NCBI GenBank assembly: GCA_965207445.1
Contig: CBDBLX010000002.1
Coordinates: forward strand, 96,001 to 160,000
Source of the DNA: Nitrosopumilus sp.
GTDB taxonomy: Archaea; Thermoproteota; Nitrososphaeria; Nitrososphaerales; Nitrosopumilaceae
DNA length: 64,000 bases
Direction of reading: 5' to 3'
How positions within the stretch are numbered: position 1 is the first letter of the stretch; each line of letters starts with the position of its first letter. Positions 10,224-20,976 of this stretch are shown here, piece by piece. Position numbers and translations under genes: made by a program. The notes beneath the pieces were generated by a model, which worked only from the letters and a program-made list of their open reading frames with translations, ran no database searches and was not told the origin of the DNA.

Positions 10224-10802
10224 TCAACTCCTAGAAATTTTGCGTGTGTTTTTTGTAGTTGTATCAACTTTTGAATTTTTAGTTTTTTTGGAATCGGCAT
10301 CAATATCACGTAATTTAGATTGAAGTCTTTTGATCTCGAATTCAATATTCTTTCTCGCAGATTTCGGGGTTATTGGAGGTGAATCGGCTTGAGCATTTTG
10401 CAAACTAGACAGTGTGTATTGAGCTTCGAGTAAAAAATCAGATGCAGCTTCAAAAACACATTGTGCTTTTTCTTCATTGTATGTGTGACTAGTAATTCCA
10501 CGATTTTTTCGATACTGATCCCAATAATAAACATCAGATCGAATGAGATTTTTTTTGTACGCTTCACGAACAATGTCTTTGAAATTCATAGAGGCGACTT
10601 CTGCAGGGTTAAATAATGTCATTCCCAAATGTCGTTTGATCATTCTGAGGGTCATCTCATATGTAAATTCAAAAGCTTGTATGACTGCACCGCGCATGTA
10701 TATTTTGTATTTTGGTTTTTCTTGTATTAGTTCATAGTACGCATCTAGTGCATTTTCAAGTTGGTTAATTGCCTTTGCCAACGATGTAACATCAAGACTC
10801 AT
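10224..10802 (-). CDS. HEPN-domain RNase toxin (HI0074 / nucleotidyltransferase substrate-binding family) with basic C-terminal extension
   Basis: GAVIQAFEFTYE and RGITSHTY (R-X4-H-X-Y), directly upstream of the MNT domain. Confidence 0.85.
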   Translation of the reverse strand: MSLDVTSLAKAINQLENALDAYYELIQEKPKYKIYMRGAVIQAFEFTYEMTLRMIKRHLGMTLFNPAEVASMNFKDIVREAYKKNLIRSDVYYWDQYRKNRGITSHTYNEEKAQCVFEAASDFLLEAQYTLSSLQNAQADSPPITPKSARKNIEFEIKRLQSKLRDIDADSKKTKNSKVDTTTKNTRKISRS

Positions 10803-10965
10803 TGTTTACTCCGCTTTATATCAAATTCTAGATTTTTTATGTTTTATGTAATTGCAGCATCTAGATTTTTGGATTTTGTTTGGAGTTCGCCCCACTGCAA
10901 TGCTAATTGTTGCATTTTTTCCTCAAAAGATTCTTTTTCATCTGATTGGGATTCGACACCTACGT
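10799..10965 (-). pseudogene. hsdM: 3' remnant of a former hsdM
   Basis: Translates as VGVESQSDEKESFEEKMQQLALQWGELQTKSKNLDAAIT*NIKNLEFDIKRSKQ*, homologous to the HsdM C-terminal helix (compare [19 protein letters not shown]...). Its stop overlaps the HEPN ATG (ATGA) and it is cut at repeat B. Confidence 0.75.
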
Positions 10966-11055
10966 CAGTAGTTTGCAATGTGCCAATTTTTAATGATCTT
11001 ATTTCTAATTATGCAGCGCGGCAGATTTACTATGTCAAGTAACTACCGTGCTCCA
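10966..11055 (+). repeat. Inverted repeat B, left copy
   Basis: About 90 bp matching the reverse complement of 13207-13297, with a perfect core CAGATTTACTATGTCAAGTAACTACCGTGCTCCA. Confidence 0.85.
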
Positions 11056-11131
11056 ATTCCCACCGAAGCAGTCTTCTGATCAATCCGGCAATTGAATCCA
11101 TAAATAATCCATTGTAAATAATTTTTCATCT

Positions 11132-11434
11132 CAGTAGTTCAAAAAGTAAATCAGTGTTTGAGTCCGGATTCAGGTACATTGTCACCACATGTCGCGTGTC
11201 AGGTCAGTGACACGATTGCGAGGTAGAAAACACATGTATCGTACAGATGAACAGGCGGGTTTGCAAGCCCGATTCGGCACGCCACAACATGACGTGCGCA
11301 GGCGGAGGCCCGGTTTTTATCTTCCCGTGATTTGGCACGTCGTATTTTGTATTGTGCTTGCGGTATTTTTGAGGCAAGATATCACCTGATGTCTTCCAAA
11401 AACCTTCGTGACACCGTCACTTTTTGAACTACGG
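11132..11434. mobile_element. Putative ~300-bp non-autonomous element (MITE-like)
   Basis: GTAGTTCAAAAAGT (11134-11147) and ACTTTTTGAACTAC (11419-11432) form a 14-bp IR. No TSD seen. Confidence 0.45.
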
Positions 11435-11502
11435 ATATCATTAATTGACCCGTGCAGGCGTGCCTGCTTTTGATCACCAATAATTAGACCTGAACGCTTA
11501 CG
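11435..11502 (-). repeat. Inverted repeat A, right copy
   Basis: Reverse complement of 8094-8161. Confidence 0.85.
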
Positions 11503-11619
11503 GTTCGGATGCTATTGTAGTATGCAAGCACGTTTGTGTGGGATCCAAATTGAACATCTTGACCGGCTTGAATGTATACTTAATATGTTGATAAATAGAA
11601 CGTCGTCACGAATCATAGA

Positions 11620-13206
11620 ATGGCACAGACAAAATCCAAATCCACATCGGGAGGGGCAGACACAAATCGTTCTGCCGATACAGATCTACTCGGATTTGAA
11701 GAGAAGATGTGGAAGGCTGCAGACAAGCTCCGAAGCAACATGGACGCAGCAGAATACAAGCACATTGTACTGGGCCTGATATTTCTAAAGTACATCTCGG
11801 ATGCGTTTGTGTCTCTCCACGAGTCACTGAAGAAAGACCCCGATTCTGATCCAGAAGATCAAGACGAGTATATTGCTAAAAGAATCTTCTGGGTACCCAA
11901 AAAGGCACGGTGGGACTATCTTTCGGACAATGCAAAAAAGCCAGAGATAGGAGAGTTGATCGACAATGCAATGCAGTCTATCGAAAAAGAGAACTCATCC
12001 TTGCGCGGAGTCCTGCAAAAGGACTATGCACGGCCCAGCCTCAATAAACAGAGGCTTGGAGAACTAATAGACCTGATAGGCACCATAGGTCTAGGAGACA
12101 AGGAAAGTAGAAGTAAAGACATTCTTGGACGCGTATATGAGTACTTTTTAGGCCAGTTTGCAGACGCAGAAGGTAAAAAGGGTGGGCAGTTCTACACACC
12201 ACGAAGCATTGTCAAATTATTGGTAGCTGTTTTACAGCCATACAAGGGCAGGATTTTTGATCCATGTTGCGGATCAGGGGGAATGTTTGTCCAGAGTGAG
12301 AAATTTATCAAGGCTCATGGTGGAAAAATTGGAAACGTCTCAATCTACGGGCAGGAGAGCAATCCCACCACCTGGCGCTTGTGCAGAACAAATCTCGCCA
12401 TACGCGGAATAGAATCCAACATGATTAAATGGAATGGGCAAGGTAGTTTTGTACAGGATGAACACAAAGATTTACGAGCAGATTTCATACTTGCAAATCC
12501 GCCATTCAATGACAGTGACTGGAATGGACATCTGTTGCAAGATGATGTCAGATGGGCGTATGGCGTGCCACCTGTAACCAATGCAAACTATGCATGGATT
12601 CAACACTTCATAAACCATTTGTCACCTGCAGGAACGGCCGGATTTGTAATGTCAAACGGCTCAATGTCATCCAACATAAGCGGTGAGGGTGAAATTCGTC
12701 AAAAAATAGTAGAACAAGATCTGGTAGATTGTATGGTCGCACTGCCCTCACAATTATTCTACAACACAGTGATTCCGGCCTGTCTGTGGTTTGTAACTAA
12801 AAACAAGAAAAAAAATACCCAGTTTAAAAATCGTCAAAAACAGGTACTGTTCATTGATGCTCGCAATATGGGTATGATGATTGATAGACGACATCGGGAG
12901 CTAACAGATACAGACATCACTAGAATTGCAGATACCTACCATGCTTGGCGCAATAAAAAATTTAACTCTAAATACAAAGATGTTGCAGGATTTTGCAAAT
13001 CTGTACCGGTATCAGACATAGAAAAACAAGATTGGGTGTTGACGCCGGGTCGATATGTTGGGATTAAAGAGGAAATTGAAAATGAAGAAGAATTCGAAAC
13101 AGAAATGTTCAAACTTACAACAGAATTGTCTGTACAATTTCAACAGAGTAAAAAACTTGAAAGTGAAATAAAAGGTAATTTAAAAAAAATTGGATTTGAA
13201 ATCTAA
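11620..13206 (+). CDS. hsdM: Type I R-M methyltransferase subunit
   Basis: [26 protein letters not shown] (motif I), ANPPFN (motif IV), LTPGRYVG. Confidence 0.95.
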   Translation: MAQTKSKSTSGGADTNRSADTDLLGFEEKMWKAADKLRSNMDAAEYKHIVLGLIFLKYISDAFVSLHESLKKDPDSDPEDQDEYIAKRIFWVPKKARWDYLSDNAKKPEIGELIDNAMQSIEKENSSLRGVLQKDYARPSLNKQRLGELIDLIGTIGLGDKESRSKDILGRVYEYFLGQFADAEGKKGGQFYTPRSIVKLLVAVLQPYKGRIFDPCCGSGGMFVQSEKFIKAHGGKIGNVSIYGQESNPTTWRLCRTNLAIRGIESNMIKWNGQGSFVQDEHKDLRADFILANPPFNDSDWNGHLLQDDVRWAYGVPPVTNANYAWIQHFINHLSPAGTAGFVMSNGSMSSNISGEGEIRQKIVEQDLVDCMVALPSQLFYNTVIPACLWFVTKNKKKNTQFKNRQKQVLFIDARNMGMMIDRRHRELTDTDITRIADTYHAWRNKKFNSKYKDVAGFCKSVPVSDIEKQDWVLTPGRYVGIKEEIENEEEFETEMFKLTTELSVQFQQSKKLESEIKGNLKKIGFEI

Positions 13207-13297
13207 TGGAGCACGGTAGTTACTTGACATAGTAAATCTGTCGCACCGTATAATCAAAAATAAGATCATTAAAAATTGAGCACATTGCGAACTACTG
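13207..13297 (-). repeat. Inverted repeat B, right copy, starting immediately after the hsdM stop
   Basis: Reverse complement of 10966-11055. Confidence 0.85.
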
Positions 13298-13592
13298 GTC
13301 ACCGGTATGAGCATAAGATTGGCCGGGACGATACTGATGTCATCGTTATGAGTCAGAGGCTTCGAATACTTCAACAATGACAAAAAGCGAACGGGACGCT
13401 TACAATCCTGTCACTCATTTTTTACATTAATTCATCGGTTCTGTTACAATTCATGATCTAGTCTAAAACTACAGATAGGTCATAAATTGGAAGCAGATCT
13501 AATTTGCTTCACTACGCATAATGTCTTTGTAAATCTGCTGGAGGCATTTTCTACTGTCGGTATCCTACTGTCTTGTCAATGGTCCGTTAAAA

Positions 13593-15166
13593 TTAGGCCA
13601 AAAGCAGAAAGAGTGACGCCGGAACCATCACATATTCTGAAGAAACGTCGAGTCGATCTTTGGATATTACTAGACCCTTGCCACGCGTCTTGTTCAGAAC
13701 CCTACACATGCCGGCTAGGTCACGTCCCGGCCTGTTTCGATATTTTACTTCTATTGGCACCACCATCTTGCCACCGTCATCATATACAAAGTCAACCTCA
13801 CGACCCTTCTCCATGTGATAAAAGATTCTATAGTGGTGGTCAAAATTTTGTTTGCTGGGACTGGCATTAAAGGCCAATCTTGTCAGATGGTTGGCGACAA
13901 TACCCTCTATCAACACACTTTTGTTTTCGCTTGCATCAAGGTATTCTGATGATGCGTCAAAGTAGCCCCTAGATGCAGTCCATCCATTGAACATGTGAAA
14001 GAAAAACGGATCAACAAAGTAGATTTTTTTGTTACGGTGAAACATAGGGCTCCTGCTATCCATATTGTATCCATATATTGTAAGCAAAACGAAGAGGTTT
14101 GAGAGTGTCTGCACAGAGTCCTGTACCGTCTTGGGGGATCCGACATCTGCATTCTTGGCCATGTTGTTCCATGATGCATGGCTTCCTTGTGACTTTACAA
14201 CCTCCCTGCCAACGCGTTTTAACAGATTATTGTCTCTGCCAAGCCTTGACCACTCCCCCATGATGCTATCCATGTATGTACTGTACACGTTTTCGCGAAT
14301 AGGCAAAGTCGATGCTTGGGCATTTACGACAAAAGGAATTCCTCCGCTGTACATGTATTTGGACAAAAGATCGTCTAACAAGTGTTGATGCATGTGAGTG
14401 AGATCCATTGCACGATCTACTTCACCATTTGCCAGTTTGCCAAATGTTGTAAGCCGATCCTTGGATCTGAGAAAATACGAATCCACAATCGTTCTTATCT
14501 CCGAATCCATCGCACTGGCATACTCTGCAAACTTTAACGGAAAAAGAACTTTGTCGTGAGGTTCTGTTGTGCTTCCCCTTCGCCCGGGCAGCCGTTCAAT
14601 TGATCTCTGCAGGTCTATTGCATCAGAACCCGTCGCCATGACGGTACTGTTTGCAATACTGTTTCTATCCTTCAATCGTTTTATACCCTTTTGCCAGTTT
14701 GGGATGGTCGATACCTCATCTAGGAAGATGTAACGCCTCCCTTTATCCCACATACGACGTGTTAGTCTATTGTAAGACTCTACTACGTCGACCAGCTCAC
14801 TCGGTGTCTTGCACAGATCAAATGAATAGTAGAGTATGTTCCAAGGAGATGTTCCTTTCTTCAAGAATTCGCGTATCTGTAGTTTTAACAGGGTGGTCTT
14901 TCCAATCTGGCGTGTTCCCCTTAATGTATACACTACAGGATTGTCGGGCTCAAAATCATAGGTTATCTTGTGCATTATTCTCGGTACAATTTGCAACTTT
15001 GATCTCATCCACATTGTTATCTCCGGATCATCGTCAACCCAGTCAGAACCTCTCCACCATGGATTGTCCCTTATGATCTCACGTTCTACATCGAGATTAT
15101 CAAACTTTACTTGTCAGAACCTCTCCACCATGGATTGTCCCTTATGATGTCGCCATCTGCAATCAT
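13593..15166 (-). pseudogene. AAA_14 ATPase with DUF4143 (PD-(D/E)xK-like) C-terminus; 5' end disrupted by a 71-bp insertion
   Basis: GTRQIGKTT, FLDEV, ATGS, YSGGIP, KKIYFVDP, EVDFV..PIEVKY. The native start MIADGDIIRDNPWW at 15166 is frameshifted, and removing 71 bp restores a 500-aa ORF. The ORF track gives 13593-15014. Confidence 0.8.
15042..15148. repeat. 36-bp direct duplication flanking a 35-bp unique insert
   Basis: GTCAGAACCTCTCCACCATGGATTGTCCCTTATGAT at 15042-15077 and 15113-15148. Confidence 0.92.
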
Positions 15167-15203
15167 GCACTGTACTACTAAGTAATTTATATAAGAATTG
15201 TCA

Positions 15204-15275
15204 TCACACTACTAACTTAGTTATATACTAACTATCCTCACACTACTAACTTAGTTATATACTAACTATTCTCAC
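15204..15275. repeat. 34-bp tandem duplication upstream of the AAA ATPase
   Basis: TCACACTACTAACTTAGTTATATACTAACTAT(C/T)C twice. Confidence 0.85.
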
Positions 15276-15501
15276 GAGGCTGTCAAGTTACAGGAACAAG
15301 AATCCGCCGGTTAAACGCGTGACATGGAACAAGATCAGACTACTTTCAGCGGTAAGATCGCCTGAGTCCATTTCCAATCGTCAGTCTTACAGTAGGATCT
15401 AGGTTGTCAAGACTCAGTAGCGCCGCATCCGCATAAATTGATTTTCATATGGTATGTGGGTGTAGAGCAGTCATGCCCAGCCACGTAAACCCCTTCAGAC
15501 C

Positions 15502-18146
15502 GTAACTATTTTGCTTTTTGAAGCGCACACACATAAAGTAAAAGATCATGCGTGTTGTTCTGATCATGATGATCTCGGCATCGTATATTCATGTATGATC
15601 AATTGGCAACAATAACGCATAGTTGATTATAATATGCAGATGGATACACAAATGATTCTGTAGTTTTAGCCAGGGTTATATGATTTGCACAGCATATCAA
15701 AAAAAAACTCTCACCTCTGATCTTACCTGTTGCAAGCAGTGTGAATAATATTGAGTTGGCCTCCATACCACGAGACGTTCTGTTTCCATCATCACCACCA
15801 TCATTTTTTATGGATACAAATACTCGATTAGTTCGTTCAACATCATTGTTGTCTGGCGGCACATCCTTTATGTGTAAAAAGGTTCTCATGTTGTAGAGGT
15901 TGGTGCGTAATTGACATTTGGCCTGCCTGTGACCCTTCTGTGAGCTTGGTTTATTGTACATTCAATCTACAAAAGACTGAAATCTATCTATAGTGTGTTT
16001 TGTTTTTGAATATACATGTGTGTTTTAGCAGACAGATTATAGAACATGAAACGTGCAAGTGTGATGGCAGTCACTATCATTCGTATGATGGAATTTTTTG
16101 CCCTTTTTCATGAGCGCAGATAAATCTGTTCAGGACGTTGATATTCCATGCAATCGATAGTATTTTACCAAACCGCTTTTGGTTTTTGGCCAGGCGCATA
16201 CGACAGTGTAGCCTGTGATTCTTTGTTTCTTCTGCTCCAAATATTGCCTCGATAAGTGCGCGTTGTTTGTATGCATCTTGGTCAAAGATCTCCGCTGCTT
16301 TTTTTCTGCTTGGTTTGCCACGGTTTGTATGACCTGCGCCATCTGTGTGATTGCGCTGCTTTATGTTCGGTTTCATGTTTGCATTGAATATTGTCTCGCA
16401 ATTTTGATCCGAGTCGTATCCCTTGTCTCCGTTGAATAAGCGTTCTTCAATCTGTGTATAGTTTTTTACAAGAAAGTTGACCATATGTGGAAGCATTGAC
16501 GTGTCACTCACATTGCTTGGTGTTGTGTATGATGCAAGTATGATCTGGTGTCCGGTTATCGCAGTAATGTGATATTTTAGGTACATCTTGATGCGTGTCG
16601 GCTCAAAGTCTTGTAGTAAATGATTAGGTCTTTCTTGTTTTTCGTACCTGTCAGTCTCTACCCCACTACTGTCTACCCCAATCGGAGCGGTAGGTCCTTT
16701 TTTTACGTCTTGTTTACCGCTCTCAAAATCCTCGGATCCGTGCGTAAGTATGGTCTCTTTACCTTTTATCGGTACCGGATCTGTCCCAGATTTTTCAAGT
16801 TCAGTTAGACACATGTTGGCAGTATATGCCAAAATAGAATCAAGCCAGTCGAGATCAATTGTTTGCATATGTTTGGTTACCCAACTATAATCAGGCTTCG
16901 TCTCGTCAACCCATTCATCATGCATATGTCCAAGCTCATTTACCACATCACGAAAAGGAATATTTTTTGCAACTTTTAAAAGACACAAAAAATCCATCTT
17001 GTCACGAGAGTGTACCGGCTTGCATCCTCTATTTGTCTTCTTTTCCTTGCACGGATGTGGGTTTTTTCGTATCGCTGACAACAAGGTCTTGCGCATAAAA
17101 TCCGGCTCAGATTTGCGTGCCTGTTCGTAATACAGCCAATAACCTTCGCGTCGCTTGTGCTGCTCTGTCACTATACGGTCTGCCTCCATAATTTGTTCTT
17201 ATTTGAAACCCACACACTAAATTTACACAAACAACAAGCAGACATCACATTCATCACAAACCATGCATTGTAATGGGTGTCATTCTGTGTAGTATAGCAT
17301 GTTGTGGCAACCCACCATATGTCGTCGTTCCACCGCACTTCACAAACGATACGTTGATAACATTGGCTAGTCAACGTTGTTTAGCATCCCCTTTGGTCAT
17401 ATTCCAATTATTCAATTGGGGTGCCCCTATAAGTAACTTTTGGTATGCGCGCATATACTTTTATATATGAGCTTATTAAATATATGTACATAAAACTCTG
17501 GCGATATTTGCAGATGGCTTTGCAAGTACGATGCAGATGGCGATTTGATGAATTACGCACCAACCACCATGTTGTATCCTTTGCGCCTCAATCTCTTTTT
17601 TTTGAATCGGTTTATTATGCCCTCTTTGTCACCGTCCCAGTCTTTTTCCTTTGTCCAATCATTGTTCATTAGTTGGCGCAGTTGGCTGTCCAAACAATGA
17701 GGCCACTTGTCGTGTGCGAAGATCGCCTATTTCATCTGCTTTATAGAATTGTTTGAATATTCGAACTAACGTGGTGAGAAATCAGTGCTACACCTTTTGG
17801 ATTCACATATTTGATGTCTTTTTTTGGCAGTCGAGTCTGATGTGCCAAACACATCTGATGGATTATTCCAATGTGACTCTATGATGGATTAGAGTCGTGT
17901 CGTACTAGTCCCTTGTATTTTGGCAGGAATTTTTTGAGGGCGGATATTGTTTTGTCATCAATTATCTCTATTAGACAGCAGTCGTCTCCGAGCGCAATCA
18001 AACCACACACATGTTTTTTGTTTGCTCCAGGCCAGTCAAACTCATCACAGCCTAACTCGTTTTTACTCAAAATTTTTTAAACCAAAATTATCATAGTATA
18101 TAATCATAAGAATTTAAGTGTTCACTTCAAAAAGCAAAATAGTTAC
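15502..18146 (-). mobile_element. Degenerate IS66-family (ISBst12-like) element with a nested IS5-type transposase
   Basis: TIRs GTAACTATTTTGCTTTTTGAAG (15502) and CTTCAAAAAGCAAAATAGTTAC (ending 18146). Transposase fragments: LGCDEFDW..YKGLVRHD..HQMCLAHQTR (~17800-18070) and PPDNNDVERTNR (15599-15961). No TSD seen. Confidence 0.75.
16077..17189 (-). CDS. IS5/IS4-like DDE transposase (DDE_Tnp_1), apparently intact
   Basis: VDSSG, KYHITA, GDKGYDS, YKQRALIEAIFG. Confidence 0.85.
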   Translation of the reverse strand: MEADRIVTEQHKRREGYWLYYEQARKSEPDFMRKTLLSAIRKNPHPCKEKKTNRGCKPVHSRDKMDFLCLLKVAKNIPFRDVVNELGHMHDEWVDETKPDYSWVTKHMQTIDLDWLDSILAYTANMCLTELEKSGTDPVPIKGKETILTHGSEDFESGKQDVKKGPTAPIGVDSSGVETDRYEKQERPNHLLQDFEPTRIKMYLKYHITAITGHQIILASYTTPSNVSDTSMLPHMVNFLVKNYTQIEERLFNGDKGYDSDQNCETIFNANMKPNIKQRNHTDGAGHTNRGKPSRKKAAEIFDQDAYKQRALIEAIFGAEETKNHRLHCRMRLAKNQKRFGKILSIAWNINVLNRFICAHEKGQKIPSYE

Positions 18147-18276
18147 ACATTTTGGGTATTTTCTTACATATCGTGTTTATCATTCAGATTTACATAAATT
18201 CGATCACAACAACGATCGATATTGCTGTATATGTATGCATACTTACAGAATAGTGGTTTAACTGTTACGTGTCCCT

Positions 18277-18555
18277 TTACCCGCGTTTCGGGTACTTTGG
18301 GCGTCCGGCCCTCAAGCTTGCGTTCTGGTCGGAAAGGTCCCTCAACCTTGCAATCAGGTGAACCACATAGTCCGCCATCCTTTCGACGCCCTCCCGGTCC
18401 ATGCCGGTCATCATACGGACGAGCTGCTCGCGTATTATCTCAGGCTGGACCACTGGCCCCTCGCCGGGCATGACCTCAGTCGCCTTGAAGTACTCGTACG
18501 GAACCGGCGTCTTTGACGTTTTTTTCGTCGATTTCGCGGCTTTTTTCTTATTCAT
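18277..18555 (-). CDS. Hypothetical protein in GC-rich island
   Basis: 92-aa ORF, basic N-terminus, downstream of 18580-19236 on the same strand. Confidence 0.45.
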   Translation of the reverse strand: MNKKKAAKSTKKTSKTPVPYEYFKATEVMPGEGPVVQPEIIREQLVRMMTGMDREGVERMADYVVHLIARLRDLSDQNASLRAGRPKYPKRG

Positions 18556-18579
18556 GGTAGTTCAAAAAAGTGAAAGGGG

Positions 18580-19236
18580 CTATGCCCAGAACCAGCTCCA
18601 ACTGCCTGTCTGCCTGCCGTCATAGTCCACCGTGACGTGGACTATGTAAAGGCCCCCAAGCGTGGCGCATTCCAGCGGGTACTTGTCTACCGGGGGCACC
18701 TCCAAGTTGGCGTGGCACCCGGATCCGTCCCAGACGTTCCTGATGTCAAGGTACACATTGGTTTCCCAGCCGTGTTCCTCGCAGTTCGGGGAATCTCCGG
18801 ACGTCAGTATGCTCGGGAACCACTGGTCGACACGGAGGTTGATGTTGCCGTCATAGTCAACCTTGTAGTGCCACGTCTCGTTGGCATCGTCACATCCCTT
18901 GTTGACCCCGTACATGTTGAACAGGTCCCTCCACTGGGTGCTCTGCTGCTGGGTGTCGCTTCTCGTGGCCTGTGTCGTCTGGACGTCGGAGACGTCATCG
19001 TGCAGCCTCTGGAGCACGTCCTGCTGTTCGGACTTTAGGCTCTCCCTAATCTGCACGTCTTCGGCCTGCTGTATCTGCGCTTCCAGGGACTGCACTTGCC
19101 GTATCAGTTCCTTTTTTTCGCTGCCTGACAAGCCTGTCGCTTCCTCGGCCACGGCACGATCCATTGCGCCAAGCGGCAGGATCATTGCGGTGATTATGGG
19201 CGCGGACAGTGCAGTCTTTACGTTTTGCAAAGTCAT
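18580..19236 (-). CDS. Exported hypothetical protein (signal peptide, coiled coil, 4 Cys), GC-rich
   Basis: Thaumarchaeal-type signal MTLQNVKTALSAPIITAMILPLGAMDRAVA, Q/E-rich helix, W-rich beta-type C-terminus. Confidence 0.65.
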   Translation of the reverse strand: MTLQNVKTALSAPIITAMILPLGAMDRAVAEEATGLSGSEKKELIRQVQSLEAQIQQAEDVQIRESLKSEQQDVLQRLHDDVSDVQTTQATRSDTQQQSTQWRDLFNMYGVNKGCDDANETWHYKVDYDGNINLRVDQWFPSILTSGDSPNCEEHGWETNVYLDIRNVWDGSGCHANLEVPPVDKYPLECATLGGLYIVHVTVDYDGRQTGSWSWFWA

Positions 19237-19391
19237 TGAACGGGTATGATGGTATCGTCTACTTAAGGCTTCATGTAAATCTGAATATTCATACCTGTAT
19301 TTTCGTGTGAGTTAACTTATTGTGGCATAATCATAAGATCATATATCTTTAAGATTTATCATCAAGTGATAGACCAATAATTTTACACAAT

Positions 19392-19754
19392 TCATCCCAG
19401 ACATTGTACACGCAGATTCCACGTCTCAACACAACTAAATATTACACAGAGATTTTCTGCCCCCTTGTCACTCTTCAACTGCAGACGACTGTTCCTCTGA
19501 CTTGTTACAGGTTTCATTGATTGCTCTCCAAGATTTGTGGTAGAGTAGACAAATGGATACAAAACAAATGTAAAAAGTTCGGGCGCTGCGTTTTCTAGTG
19601 TGGCGCCAAACTCTTTCATTATCTCATATCTGCTTTTTTTGTATCTAGATATTATACCACACAACCATTTTTGAAGTTTTGTAACATATGAACTCTTTGT
19701 GTGACCCAAACTCTTTGGATGCAATAACGAAATCACATATTTGTATTTGGTCAT
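19392..19754 (-). pseudogene. IS66-family transposase C-terminal remnant
   Basis: LFTFVLYPFVYSTTNLGEQSMKPVTSQR..SRLQLKSDKGA..SCVETW. Confidence 0.7.
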
Positions 19755-19882
19755 ATTTCTATCTGTATATTGAGATAGTGCATGCGATGCATTTGAGTAG
19801 GCGTTATTTTTGAATGATCATATTAGTCATGGATCTTGGTTCACACATAAAATTTATAGACATTGCCCGTATCAATACATAC

Positions 19883-20038
19883 ATGAGCAAAGGTGGAGAA
19901 GTGGCACGTCGTTTAAAAGACAAACTACCACAACATGCAGATGATCTGGAATACATTGCGCTCAGTTTTGATCGCACAGAACAGCTTTTGAAGGAAGCCG
20001 ATGAACGATGGGACAGCCTAAATGCAGGTACAGCATAG
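19883..20038 (+). CDS. Small hypothetical protein
   Basis: MSKGGEVARRLKDKLPQHADDLEYIALSFDRTEQLLKEADERW..., plausible helical composition. Confidence 0.4.
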   Translation: MSKGGEVARRLKDKLPQHADDLEYIALSFDRTEQLLKEADERWDSLNAGTA

Positions 20039-20264
20039 TTAAATCGGGAGGTTTTTTAAAAGAATTTTAAAAAGCAAATCACATTTGTTTCACAAGTGTG
20101 CAAGACCCAATACAGAGCTAAATTACAATTTTTTGAAGAAAAACGTCGCAAAACTAAAGGTGAACGTTGGATTTTATTAGAAAAGTGATTATATTTCAAG
20201 GGTAAATATTGCCATGATTATCCAGATTAAAAAAAGTATTAAAATGATCTAATATTGAGATTTA

Positions 20265-20926
20265 CTAATTAGAATTTTTGCCACCATTTTCTCGGTAAAA
20301 TTTACAATCATCACGTATCTGGCATACCCCACACATAGCGAGACGGGCTTGCAAATATTCTGCCCATACATTACAAACGTGTCGTTTATGCGCAACCAAT
20401 ATCGTTTGGGTATCAAATCCATTAGCGCTTGTTCGGTATCTTCGGGTGTCTTTGTATTTACAAGTCCTAACCTATTTGATATTCGATGTACATGTATGTC
20501 AACTGGTATGGCAGGCCGCTCAAATGCATACACTAAAACACAGTTGGCAGTCTTGCGCCCTACACCGGGTAATGATACAAGTTTGTCAATATCATCTGGT
20601 ACGACACCACCATATTGTTTCTCTATAATCTTGGCAACATCGATAATTCTACGCGCCTTTACATGATAAAATCCAATAGGCATTACAATACGCTCAACGT
20701 CTTTTATTCGAGCAGTTGCAAGTTCTTTGGAATTTGTATATCTGGCAAAGAGTTTCTTGACTACCTTTGTAGTGTTCTCATCTTTTGTACGCGCAGATAA
20801 AATTGTCCCAATCAGGATACTAAATGGACCTCCAGTCTCTGCATCATGTAGCTCTCTGAGCGCAGTCATTCTAGGAGGTTTGACGGCGTTCATAGTCTTT
20901 GTCATGCCATCAAGTATCTTTTTCAT
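20265..20926 (-). CDS. nth: Endonuclease III with a 1-nt frameshift near 20339 in the 4Fe-4S motif
   Basis: ILSARTKD, HhH LPGVGRKTA, VDIHVHRI. After CKPVS the motif continues in another frame as MCGVCQIRDDCKFY. Confidence 0.88.
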
Positions 20927-20976
20927 GCATATAGTATTCATGCAAGTGTTATATCTGTAACATTTAGAGTACACGT

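Noticed and set aside
10799..13297. Shufflon swapping HsdM C-termini
   Set aside because: Repeat B' starts after the hsdM stop and the alternative tail has an internal stop, so inversion would not create a fusion.
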